64,000 bases of DNA from an uncultured Gammaproteobacteria bacterium (lineage in GTDB: Bacteria; Pseudomonadota; Gammaproteobacteria; Steroidobacterales; Steroidobacteraceae). Under the pieces are notes generated by a model that had not been told where the DNA came from, did no database searches, and worked only from the letters and a program-made list of their open reading frames with translations. The stretch spans positions 324,710 through 388,709 of the forward strand of contig CAWCIE010000012.1 in the NCBI GenBank assembly GCA_963795475.1, read 5' to 3'. The position numbers and the translations under genes were made by a program. Shown in pieces: positions 1 through 7,782 of the stretch (position 1 is the first letter of the stretch; the number at the start of each line of letters is the position of its first letter).

Positions 1-589
1 AGGCATGCTCGATGAGCGGCGCATCGATAGGCTCGTTGTCAAAGAACTTGATGATCCATTGCACGCCGCCGATATCGATGAGCGCCTTCGGCTTGGCTCC
101 GCCGAAACTGCCGCCGGCATTCAGCATCTGGCGCTCGACGTTCGTGACCTGCGCCCTCGCGCTGACTTTGTGGACGACTTCGCTGAGTTCCTGCGCTTGT
201 TCCAACCGCGGCAGCGGACTCGTGGTCCGCGGAACGTAAGCATTCCTCGATGTCGACACACCGAGCGCACCAAATCGATCATCTCCCGCGTAGTACAAGT
301 ACTCCATGAGGGAGAGCCGCGCGGGCTTATCGAGATATTGAATGACACGCTCACCCCAGCGATCCGGACGAGCATCGTCAACGGCACCTACAGCCATGCC
401 CTTCCAGCGAGGTAGCTGCTCGATGTCGGTGAGCGGCAGATCTTCGCTCAACGCGAACGCGCCGGCCAGCCATTCGGCGCCATACTGCAAGGAGACACCC
501 TTGCCCGCCTCAACGAGGCGCAACTGGCCAACGTAACGCGGCTCTCGGGGATCAGCGAGAAACCACAGAAAGAGATCGTCGTATCTCAT
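1..589 (-). CDS. hipA: HipA-family type II toxin kinase, N-terminal part (gene runs off the left window edge)
   Basis: The minus strand is open from ATG 589 to the window edge. It is absent from the ORF track because no stop lies in the window. My translation reads MRYDDLFLWFLADPREPRYVGQLRLVEAGKGVSLQYGAEWLAG...ARPDRWGERVIQYL...NAGGSFGGAKPKALIDIGGVQWIIKFFDN, which shows a HipA N-terminal domain and the GGxxPK motif. The ATG overlaps the hipB stop (ATGA at 586-589). Confidence 0.75.
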   Translation of the reverse strand, partial: MRYDDLFLWFLADPREPRYVGQLRLVEAGKGVSLQYGAEWLAGAFALSEDLPLTDIEQLPRWKGMAVGAVDDARPDRWGERVIQYLDKPARLSLMEYLYYAGDDRFGALGVSTSRNAYVPRTTSPLPRLEQAQELSEVVHKVSARAQVTNVERQMLNAGGSFGGAKPKALIDIGGVQWIIKFFDNEPIDAPLIEHA

Positions 590-954
590 GGTCGCCGGGC
601 CGCCCTCTTCAATTTGGCGTGGGCTGTTGCACGCGCGCGGTCCTTGCCCAATATCTCTGCTTCTCGTATATCGAGCTCCAGCGCGCCGCGGTCTTCCTTC
701 GGTGTGGCCAAGACCCCGAGTGCCGCATCGCGGCCGATCAGCCATAGTGCCGTCGCGAGCACACCGAGACTGACACCGGGTTCACCGGCTTCAAGACGGA
801 TCAAGGTCGGGACACTCACCCCGAGGCGTTTCGCCCAGCTCTTGAGCGACTCTTTGCGGCGAAGGCGGGCAACCGCCAGGTCAGCCCCCAACTGTGCGAG
901 CGCCGCGAGAGTGGAGGGCGGCATCTGGGTAAGCGCTGCCGAAGTCTTTGCCAT
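586..954 (-). CDS. hipB: XRE/HipB-like helix-turn-helix antitoxin
   Basis: Track ORF 586..990. The HTH segment is SLKSWAKRLGVSVPTLIRLEAGEPGVSLGVL. I prefer the ATG at 954 (MAKTSAALTQ...) because 956-998 is an AT-rich nested palindrome typical of an operator. The stop overlaps the hipA start. Confidence 0.8.
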   Translation of the reverse strand: MAKTSAALTQMPPSTLAALAQLGADLAVARLRRKESLKSWAKRLGVSVPTLIRLEAGEPGVSLGVLATALWLIGRDAALGVLATPKEDRGALELDIREAEILGKDRARATAHAKLKRAARRP

Positions 955-955
955 A

Positions 956-998
956 ACATATACTTTATCGATATGGCCATATACAGTCAAGTATATGT
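956..998. promoter_or_regulatory. Operator-like nested inverted repeat upstream of hipB
   Basis: ACATATAC (956-963) and GTATATGT (991-998) flank the perfect 12-bp palindrome ATATGGCCATAT (971-982). The stretch is locally AT-rich and sits directly 5' of the preferred hipB start. Confidence 0.45.
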
Positions 999-1029
999 GT
1001 ATGCTATCACGGCTACCCGAAGCGCCGGC

Positions 1030-1386
1030 CTACCCCTCTACGGCATCAATCGCTTCCGGCATCGCTTCGAGCCGTTCCTTCGAAATTGGCCGGCCGCTCG
1101 AGTCGGACAGGCCGTATGTCCCGTCCTCGATTTTCGCCAGCGCCCGCTCCACCTGAGCCAGGCGGCGCAGATCGTGAGCTACCAGTGTTCCTTCCACGTC
1201 GAGCATGGCCAGTTTCTGCGCATCATCCTCAAATTCATTCGGCTCTCCCTGAGACTGGGAGTTGAGACTCGTTTCCTCGGCTTCGCCGGTCCGCGTTGCA
1301 TCTCGTAGTTGCGCGCGCAGCTCCATCAATCGCCGGCGTTGCTTCTGGATGAAGGATTGGTCGAACCGGGATGAGGCTGGACTCAT
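1030..1386 (-). CDS. DksA/TraR-family protein lacking the zinc-finger cysteines
   Basis: The C-terminus ...ERALAKIEDGTYGLSDSSGRPISKERLEAMPEA matches the DksA/TraR finger region in spacing. It reads GLSDSSG where CxxC is expected, and the protein contains no Cys. Confidence 0.65.
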   Translation of the reverse strand: MSPASSRFDQSFIQKQRRRLMELRAQLRDATRTGEAEETSLNSQSQGEPNEFEDDAQKLAMLDVEGTLVAHDLRRLAQVERALAKIEDGTYGLSDSSGRPISKERLEAMPEAIDAVEG

Positions 1387-1422
1387 GACTTTCTCCTCAT
1401 TGGATTTGCAAGCGCCCGCCTA

Positions 1423-2328
1423 TCATTCGGACTTGATCGCATGCCCTCCAAACTGGTTGCGCATGGCGGCGAGCAGCTTGTCCGAGAACGAATCCGAGTC
1501 CTGCGAACCGAATCGGGTGAACAGCGACGAGGTGATCACGAATGCCGGCACGCCGAGCTCGATGGCCTCCGCGGCGGTCCAGCGGCCCTCGCCCGAGTCG
1601 GATACGTAAGGAGCGATGCCTTTCAGCGTCGGATTCTTTTCGAGCGCGCTCGCGGTGAGATCCAGGAGCCACGACCGCACCACGCTACCGTAGCGCCAGA
1701 TCTCGGCCACCTGGTGCAAGTCGAGCTTGAACTCGGCCTTGTGCTGAAGAATGGACAGGCCCTCGGCGTAGGCCTGCATCATGCCGTACTCGATGCCGTT
1801 GTGGATCATCTTGGTGTAGTGCCCCGATCCTACGGGACCGACGTGTCCCCAGCCCTTGTCGGCCGCGGGCGCCAAGGTCTCGAATATCGGGCGGAGTGTC
1901 TCGACCACGGCCTTGTCGCCGCCGATCATCAAACTGTAGCCTTCGGCGAGACCCCATACGCCGCCGCTCGTGCCGGAATCCACGTAATTGATCCGGCGGC
2001 CGGCGACGGCCTTTGCGCGCCGTTGCGTGTCGCGATAGTTGGAATTGCCGCCGTCGATGATGGTATCCCCCGGGGAGAGGAGCGGCGTCAACGAGCCGAT
2101 GGTCGAATCGGTGATCTCGCCCGCGGGCACCATCAGCCAAACCACGCGCGGCGCCTTCAATTTACCGATCATCGCCTCGAGAGAGGCCGCGGATTGACCG
2201 CCCTTCTCCTCGATACCTTTGCGAGCCGCTTCCGCCGGATCGAAGCCGACTACCCGATGACCGCCGCGCAGCAGGCGCTGCGCCATGTTGGCGCCCATTT
2301 TACCGAGACCGATCATCGCAAGTTCCAT
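1423..2328 (-). CDS. gnd: 6-phosphogluconate dehydrogenase (decarboxylating), short ~300-aa Gnd/YqeC type
   Basis: Track ORF 1423..2553, trimmed to the ATG at 2328. The N-terminus MELAMIGLGKMGANMAQRLLRGGHRVVGFD is a Rossmann motif. The body has ...GGNSNYRDT...SGGVWG...GHYTKMIHNGIEYG.... The upstream 75 codons are Arg-rich nonsense. Confidence 0.85.
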   Translation of the reverse strand: MELAMIGLGKMGANMAQRLLRGGHRVVGFDPAEAARKGIEEKGGQSAASLEAMIGKLKAPRVVWLMVPAGEITDSTIGSLTPLLSPGDTIIDGGNSNYRDTQRRAKAVAGRRINYVDSGTSGGVWGLAEGYSLMIGGDKAVVETLRPIFETLAPAADKGWGHVGPVGSGHYTKMIHNGIEYGMMQAYAEGLSILQHKAEFKLDLHQVAEIWRYGSVVRSWLLDLTASALEKNPTLKGIAPYVSDSGEGRWTAAEAIELGVPAFVITSSLFTRFGSQDSDSFSDKLLAAMRNQFGGHAIKSE

Positions 2329-2426
2329 AGTGTTTGCCTCGAAGCCGCGCGAACGCACCGGAAGCCAGTATAGCCCGGCAGGGAGGCAGATCCAGCGTTC
2401 TGATGGGGGCGGCGGGGCGGCCAGTC

Positions 2427-3632
2427 TCAGCGTGGCTTGAGCATCACCATGACGGCAGGACTTCCCACGGGCTCGAACCGGCCGGTGAACGCGAGAGCGC
2501 CGCTTGCGGGGTTGATGCGGAAGGAGGTGATCGAGTCGCCCTTCTGATTGCACGAAAACATCAATTCGCCGCTGGGATCGATGGCGGCGCTGCGCGGAGA
2601 GTCCGCGTGCACCCAGGTCTCGGAGGTCATCTTGAGCTCGCCGTCCGCCGCGACCGCAAACACCGCGAGCGTACTGTGCAGGCGATTGCTGACGTACAGG
2701 AATCTTCCGTCGCGGGAGATCAGGATTTCCCCCGCGAGATTGCTGCCGGCGAATTTCGGGGGCAAGGTGGACACGCTTTGCTTCAGGCGCATGGCGCCCC
2801 GCGATGCGTCGTAATCGTAAACCGCAACCTTCGCGTCGTGTTCGTAGAGATTGTAGAAATATTTGCCGGTCGGATGAAACACGAAATGCCGCGGCGCAGA
2901 GCCCGAGGGCGCCTCGAGGACCGGCATGTCCGAGGGCAGCAAGCGCCCGGCCTGCATGTCGAGCCGCCAGATCAGGGTCAAATCCAGGCCGGCATCGTTG
3001 GCGATGACGTACTGGCCGCTCGGGTCGGAAGCGACCATGTGCACGTGCGGACCCTCGTGATCGCTGACCGCAAATTGTCCGGGCGGGTCGTCGATGGCAT
3101 GCGGGTGATGGCGGGGTCCGACGCTCGGCCGCACGTCGGAGGCCTCGCCGAGCGTTCCGTCCTCGCCGACCGGGAAAACGGCGACGCTCCCGCCGCCGTA
3201 GTTGGCGACGAACACGAACTTGCCCGTCGGGTGCACGCTCACATAGGTGGGGCCGATGCCGCCGGAAGCGACGGCGCCCAGCCGCTTGAGCTCGAAGCTG
3301 GCGGGGTCGATGGCATACGAGACGACGGCGCCGCTCCGTGCTCCCTGGAAATTGTCGATTTCACTGATGGCGTAGAGGCGGGTCTGCGCGGGATTCAGCG
3401 CGAGCCACGAGGGATTGCGGGTATCGTCCACGACCTGCATCTGCATGAGCGCGCCGGAGGCGCGATCGACGCGGAACAGGTAGATCCCGCCGCCGTTCGG
3501 TGTGTACGTCCCGACATAGGCATACACCGTGGAGGGGGCGGCGGGCCAGACCAATGAGGCCGCGAACGGCACGGCCAGCGATGCCGCCGTCCGGCTGATG
3601 AAATCGCGGCGAGTGATTCCGAATTTCAGCAA
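2427..3632 (-). CDS. 7-bladed beta-propeller lactonase (YbhE/Pgl-like family) with twin-arginine signal
   Basis: The N-terminus is MLKFGITRRDFISRTAASLAVPFAA (a Tat motif). It continues ...YAYVGTYTPNGGGIYLFRVD...NPSWLALNP...LYAISE...GPTYVSVHPTGKFVFVANYGGGSVAVF, typical of the lactonase propeller family. The start codon is TTG. Confidence 0.75.
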   Translation of the reverse strand: MLKFGITRRDFISRTAASLAVPFAASLVWPAAPSTVYAYVGTYTPNGGGIYLFRVDRASGALMQMQVVDDTRNPSWLALNPAQTRLYAISEIDNFQGARSGAVVSYAIDPASFELKRLGAVASGGIGPTYVSVHPTGKFVFVANYGGGSVAVFPVGEDGTLGEASDVRPSVGPRHHPHAIDDPPGQFAVSDHEGPHVHMVASDPSGQYVIANDAGLDLTLIWRLDMQAGRLLPSDMPVLEAPSGSAPRHFVFHPTGKYFYNLYEHDAKVAVYDYDASRGAMRLKQSVSTLPPKFAGSNLAGEILISRDGRFLYVSNRLHSTLAVFAVAADGELKMTSETWVHADSPRSAAIDPSGELMFSCNQKGDSITSFRINPASGALAFTGRFEPVGSPAVMVMLKPR

Positions 3633-3717
3633 TGCCCCTTACACTCGATGGCCGTCGGCCTCAGTGTAGCGCGGAGCCTCGACGGCCCGGCGAACATGCC
3701 ACGTTCTTAATTGTTCC

Positions 3718-5775
3718 TTAATTGTTCAACAAGAGCGTGATGCTCGAGGCACTGAAGGTATACGTGTTGGCCGTGTACTGGCCCGTCGCGGTGACGCCGG
3801 TCGCGAGCACGTTGCCGTTCAATTCCGTCTGCAGCTGCGTGACGAACGCGGAATAGGTATCGAAATTCTCGTACGTGCCGCTGACCGCATGCCCGATGGT
3901 GAATATCGTGTTCGTGGCCGAGGCGTTCGGCACGATGATCGGATCGGATGGAATGCCGACGATGTTGACCGTCTGCGCGCCGACCTGGATCTGGTGTCTT
4001 ACGCCGACGGCGCTGTTGCGCGCGTCGAGGACGATTTCCGTCGTGCTGTAGGAAGCGAAGGGGGCGGGCGTGCCCGCGCCGTAATCCATCACCAGCTCCG
4101 CGTTGATGGTCGTGTAATCGAGCAGCGCGGTGCCGCTCAGGTCCCCTACTGTCGAGCTGGCGGTACCGAACGGGATGACGCTTCCGCTCACCTGGACCGG
4201 CGTCCCGGAGGTTGCATTGGTCAATGTCAGATTGGCGGTCGTCACCAGATACGCCGCTGCGCTTGCGTCCTGGCTGGCGGCCGTCCCGGTGCCGGCGAAA
4301 TCGAACGATGCCGCGGACCGGCCGCCCAAGGTCGAGAGATTCAGAGTCAGCGTATCGCCGCCCGTCCCCTGGCCGGTGACGAGGCCTGAGGCCGTTGTCT
4401 GGCCGAGCCGCGCCCGCCCAGCACTCGCATCGAGCGTGACGCTGCTCGAGCTGATCGCACTCGCCGTACCGAACGCATAGACCAGCGATCCGACCGAGAT
4501 GTCGTTCGTGCTGTTGGTCTCGGTGCTGGCGCCGCCGAATTGAGTCACCTGGGTATTGGGACCGATTTTGACGGTGGCCGTCCCGTCGATGAGGGTGTTG
4601 GCGCCCTCGTTGGTGAGGAGCGTGCCCTCGTCGATGGTCAGGGTGTCGCCGCTCCGTCCGGTGACGATGCCCGACACTCGATCGAAGCCCTCTCCCTGCA
4701 CGCTCGACCCCGCGAGGACCTGGCTCGCCGAGAAATTGACCACGGTCGCGGTCAGGCTCCCTCCCGTATCCGAGTTATCCTCGGCGGTGGTGGTGAGGGT
4801 CGAGCCATCCGCGCAGGTGAGAACGCCGGTCGCCCCCGTCACGGGCGTCGTGCCGTCCGAGCAAGTCGAGACGTTGGTCGTGGACGCGGCGGTGTCGGTG
4901 CTGCCGTCGAGGAGCGAGGAGGACGAGCTGCTCGAGGTCGTGAGGGTACCGAACGCCTCCACCATCACACCCGCCTTGAGCGCGGCCATCGCCGTCATGC
5001 CGGCGCTGCCGGTCGACGGGGTTCCGTTGATCTCGAACGTCGTCACCGACTGCGCCGATACGCCCAGCGAGCCGGCGCCCGCGTTGCCGAAGTCGAACGG
5101 AACGATGCCCGACGTGAAGCCGGTGCTGGAGCTGTTGACGCTGCCGAGCGGGCCGCGAATGCGCACCACCTTGCTGTCGAGGGGTTGCGTGCTGGCGGCG
5201 ATCAGCGGCATGACCGTCACGGTTCCATTCGCGACGCTGACGACGTTCGACGCCGCGAGGTTGAAGCCGAGGCTCAGACGCCCCGAGCTGCCGCGCACGA
5301 CGCCGAGATGGTCGCTTGGGTCGAGATACAAGAGCAGCGTGACCTGGCCCATTGCCTGCCCGCTCGCATTGATGGGCGAGAGCGCGAGCCCGTCGACCGT
5401 GCCGTTGTCATAGATGATCTGCGCCGAGCTGTAATCGAGGGTAACCAAGGCCTGGCTGTAATTGCCCTCGGGGAGCGAGGTCTCGCCCACTACCTCGCTC
5501 AAATTCGTGAGGCGCGCCAGATCCACCGTGGTGCCCTTCGGCAACGCACCGCCGGACGTTCGCCCATTCGAGGTCTGCAGCTGGATGGAGACCAGGCCGA
5601 CTCGATAGGCGAGGAACGTGTCCGTCGATGGCGTAGCGGTGAGGGTGACCACCGCAGATCCGTTGCAGGCCGCGAGCGCCGCGAGGAGGAGTACTCCGAA
5701 CGGCATGGCCAGACGGCGCGCCCAGGCGGCGCGGGGGGTCGAACGGGCAAGGGGTGCGGCGGCGGACAACGTCAT
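3718..5775 (-). CDS. Large Ser/Thr/Gly-rich lipoprotein with a DUF4382-like N-terminal domain
   Basis: Track ORF 3718..5805. The lipobox is LLLAALAAC followed by N. From memory, the first ~200 mature residues (VTLTATPSTDTFLAYRVGLVSIQLQT...TVDLARL...EGNYSQALVTLDY) resemble DUF4382 lipoproteins. The start could be 5775 or 5706. Confidence 0.6.
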   Translation of the reverse strand: MTLSAAAPLARSTPRAAWARRLAMPFGVLLLAALAACNGSAVVTLTATPSTDTFLAYRVGLVSIQLQTSNGRTSGGALPKGTTVDLARLTNLSEVVGETSLPEGNYSQALVTLDYSSAQIIYDNGTVDGLALSPINASGQAMGQVTLLLYLDPSDHLGVVRGSSGRLSLGFNLAASNVVSVANGTVTVMPLIAASTQPLDSKVVRIRGPLGSVNSSSTGFTSGIVPFDFGNAGAGSLGVSAQSVTTFEINGTPSTGSAGMTAMAALKAGVMVEAFGTLTTSSSSSSSLLDGSTDTAASTTNVSTCSDGTTPVTGATGVLTCADGSTLTTTAEDNSDTGGSLTATVVNFSASQVLAGSSVQGEGFDRVSGIVTGRSGDTLTIDEGTLLTNEGANTLIDGTATVKIGPNTQVTQFGGASTETNSTNDISVGSLVYAFGTASAISSSSVTLDASAGRARLGQTTASGLVTGQGTGGDTLTLNLSTLGGRSAASFDFAGTGTAASQDASAAAYLVTTANLTLTNATSGTPVQVSGSVIPFGTASSTVGDLSGTALLDYTTINAELVMDYGAGTPAPFASYSTTEIVLDARNSAVGVRHQIQVGAQTVNIVGIPSDPIIVPNASATNTIFTIGHAVSGTYENFDTYSAFVTQLQTELNGNVLATGVTATGQYTANTYTFSASSITLLLNN

Positions 5776-5924
5776 GATGGGAATCTCTCGAGCCGAGGCA
5801 GGCATTGTTGCCTGATTCTACCCGCAGGCGGATTACGGTTTCGGTAAAGATCTGTGAAGTAATCTCGGAACTTACGCGTTCGTCGCGTGCCGGCGACAGC
5901 CCTACGTTGCTAATATGACAACGG

Positions 5925-7250
5925 ATGGCAAATTCCCTGCAATCGGCCGGAGTGGGTGCCCCCAAGACATGGATCAGTTCCGCGGGCGTCGCCCTCGGCG
6001 TTCTCGCCTTCATCAACCTGTTCAATTATCTCGACCGCTACCTGGTCTCGGCGCTGGTCGAGAGCCTGAAGCATTCCGAGCTCGCCCTGACCGATACCCA
6101 GGCGGGATCGCTGATGTCGGGCTTTCTGATCGTGTTCGCGTTGATCGCGCCGATGTTCGGCGCTCTCGGCGATCGGATGTCCCGGCCGCGACTGATCGCC
6201 TTCGGGGTAGGCTGCTGGAGCATCGCGACGGCGCTGTCCGGCGTCGCGTGGAACTTCACCTCGCTGTTCGTGGCCCGTGCGTCGGTCGGCGTGGGCGAAG
6301 CCGCCTACGTCACCATCGGCCCGAGCCTCTTGTCGGATTACTTTCCGCGCAACCAGCGTGGCCGGGTCATGGCGATTTTCTTCTGCGCCATCCCGGTGGG
6401 TTCAGCGCTCGGATACGTGGTCGGCGGTCTGATGGATGCGCACTTCGGCTGGCGCATGGCCTTTTTCGTCGCCGGCATCCCCGGTATCGCGCTGGCGCTT
6501 CTCTGTCTCGGCTTGCATGATCCGCCGCGCGGCAGCCAGGATCACGATACCTCGAGCGCGGCGGCAGAGCGCGCGGCGGCAGAGCGCGCGGCGGCTTCGC
6601 CCAGGTCCGGCGTCCGGCGGCTTTTCGCGCTTTTCTCGCCCTATCTGCAATTGCTGCGCAACAAGCCCTACGTGCTGACGGTACTCGGCTACGTCGCCTA
6701 CACCTTCGCGCTGGGCGGCCTCGCATTCTGGATGCCGGCGTTCCTCGAGCGGATGCGGGGAATCCCGCGTGAGCAGGCGACGGTGAGCTTCGGCACCATC
6801 GTCGTGATCACCGGATTCATCGGAACCTTTGCGGGCGGCTGGCTCGGCGACTATTGCACCCGATACTCGCAGCGCGCCTATCTTTGGATATCGGCGATCG
6901 CAACGTTGATCGCGGCGCCCTTCGCGTGGCTCGCGCTGACGGCACCCTCGCAGACCGTCTACGTGGTGTGCATGGTCGTCGCACAGCTGATGATGTTCCT
7001 GTCCACCGGTCCGATCAACGCCGCGATCGTGAATCTGGTGCTGCCGACGCAACGCGCGTCCGCCAATGCCCTCGGCGTATTCACCATCCATTTGCTGGGG
7101 GACGTGCCTTCGCCCATCATCATCGGAGCGCTATCGGATGCCTCCTCGCTGTCCCAGGCGGTGAAGATCGTCCCGGTGGCCATTCTGATCGCCGCCGCCA
7201 TCTGGGCCGTCGGCGCTCTGGCGCAGCCTAAAGGGCCGAAGTCGACATGA
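5925..7250 (+). CDS. MFS transporter (Spinster-like)
   Basis: 441 aa with multiple hydrophobic helices. It has the N-terminal LFNYLDRY motif and the loop 2-3 motif GALGDRMSRPRLI. Confidence 0.85.
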   Translation: MANSLQSAGVGAPKTWISSAGVALGVLAFINLFNYLDRYLVSALVESLKHSELALTDTQAGSLMSGFLIVFALIAPMFGALGDRMSRPRLIAFGVGCWSIATALSGVAWNFTSLFVARASVGVGEAAYVTIGPSLLSDYFPRNQRGRVMAIFFCAIPVGSALGYVVGGLMDAHFGWRMAFFVAGIPGIALALLCLGLHDPPRGSQDHDTSSAAAERAAAERAAASPRSGVRRLFALFSPYLQLLRNKPYVLTVLGYVAYTFALGGLAFWMPAFLERMRGIPREQATVSFGTIVVITGFIGTFAGGWLGDYCTRYSQRAYLWISAIATLIAAPFAWLALTAPSQTVYVVCMVVAQLMMFLSTGPINAAIVNLVLPTQRASANALGVFTIHLLGDVPSPIIIGALSDASSLSQAVKIVPVAILIAAAIWAVGALAQPKGPKST

Positions 7251-7723
7251 TCCGGATCGCGATCGAGAATCCCGCTCAGGCGGAAGTCGCGGCATTGCTC
7301 GAGGCGAGCGATACCTACATGGCCTCGCTCTATCCTGCCGAAAGCAACCACATGCTGGACATCGCCTCGCTCCAGCGGCCCGAGGTCACATTCCTGGTCG
7401 CGCGGGTCGACGGCCGCGCACTCGGATGCGGAGCGGTGGTGAGCTCCGGGCAAGGTTGGGCGGAAATCAAGCGCATGTTCGTCTCGCCGGCGGCGCGCGG
7501 CCTGAAGCTCGGCAGACGATTGCTCGATGAGATCGAGGCGGTCGCCGCCCGGAGCGGCGAGAGGCTGTTGCGTCTGGAGACCGGCGCGAAGCAGCCCGAG
7601 GCGCTGGCGCTCTACCGCTCGGCCGGCTTCGTCGAGGTCGGGCCGTTCGGCGACTACCGGCCGGACCCCTTGAGCTTGTTCATGGAAAAGCCGCTTGCGG
7701 CGTGCGGCTCATCGCCCGTTTGA
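7247..7723 (+). CDS. GNAT family N-acetyltransferase
   Basis: The acetyl-CoA site is ...IKRMFVSPAARGLKLGRRLLDEIE. The ATG overlaps the MFS stop (ATGA at 7247-7250). Confidence 0.8.
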   Translation: MIRIAIENPAQAEVAALLEASDTYMASLYPAESNHMLDIASLQRPEVTFLVARVDGRALGCGAVVSSGQGWAEIKRMFVSPAARGLKLGRRLLDEIEAVAARSGERLLRLETGAKQPEALALYRSAGFVEVGPFGDYRPDPLSLFMEKPLAACGSSPV

Positions 7724-7738
7724 TCAGTTCAGGTGATC

Positions 7739-7777
7739 CCGCTTCCGGAAGCGGTAGCGCGCTCCCTCGACTCGAGG
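7739..7777. terminator. Two stem-loops between the convergent GNAT and malQ genes (no U-tract)
   Basis: CCGCTTCCGGAAGCGG is a perfect 16-nt palindrome at 7739-7754. CCTCGA-C-TCGAGG lies at 7765-7777. Neither has a clear T-run, so function is uncertain. Confidence 0.3.
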
Positions 7778-7782
7778 CCGGT

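Noticed and set aside
5-415. 136-aa plus-strand ORF at the window start
   Set aside because: It lies antisense to the HipA N-terminal coding sequence, which has clear family motifs.
6550-6600. 15-nt duplication (GCGGCAGAGCGCGCG x2) in the MFS gene, giving AAERAAAERAA
   Set aside because: It is a two-copy in-frame duplication in a cytoplasmic loop. It is ordinary slippage and not worth a separate finding.
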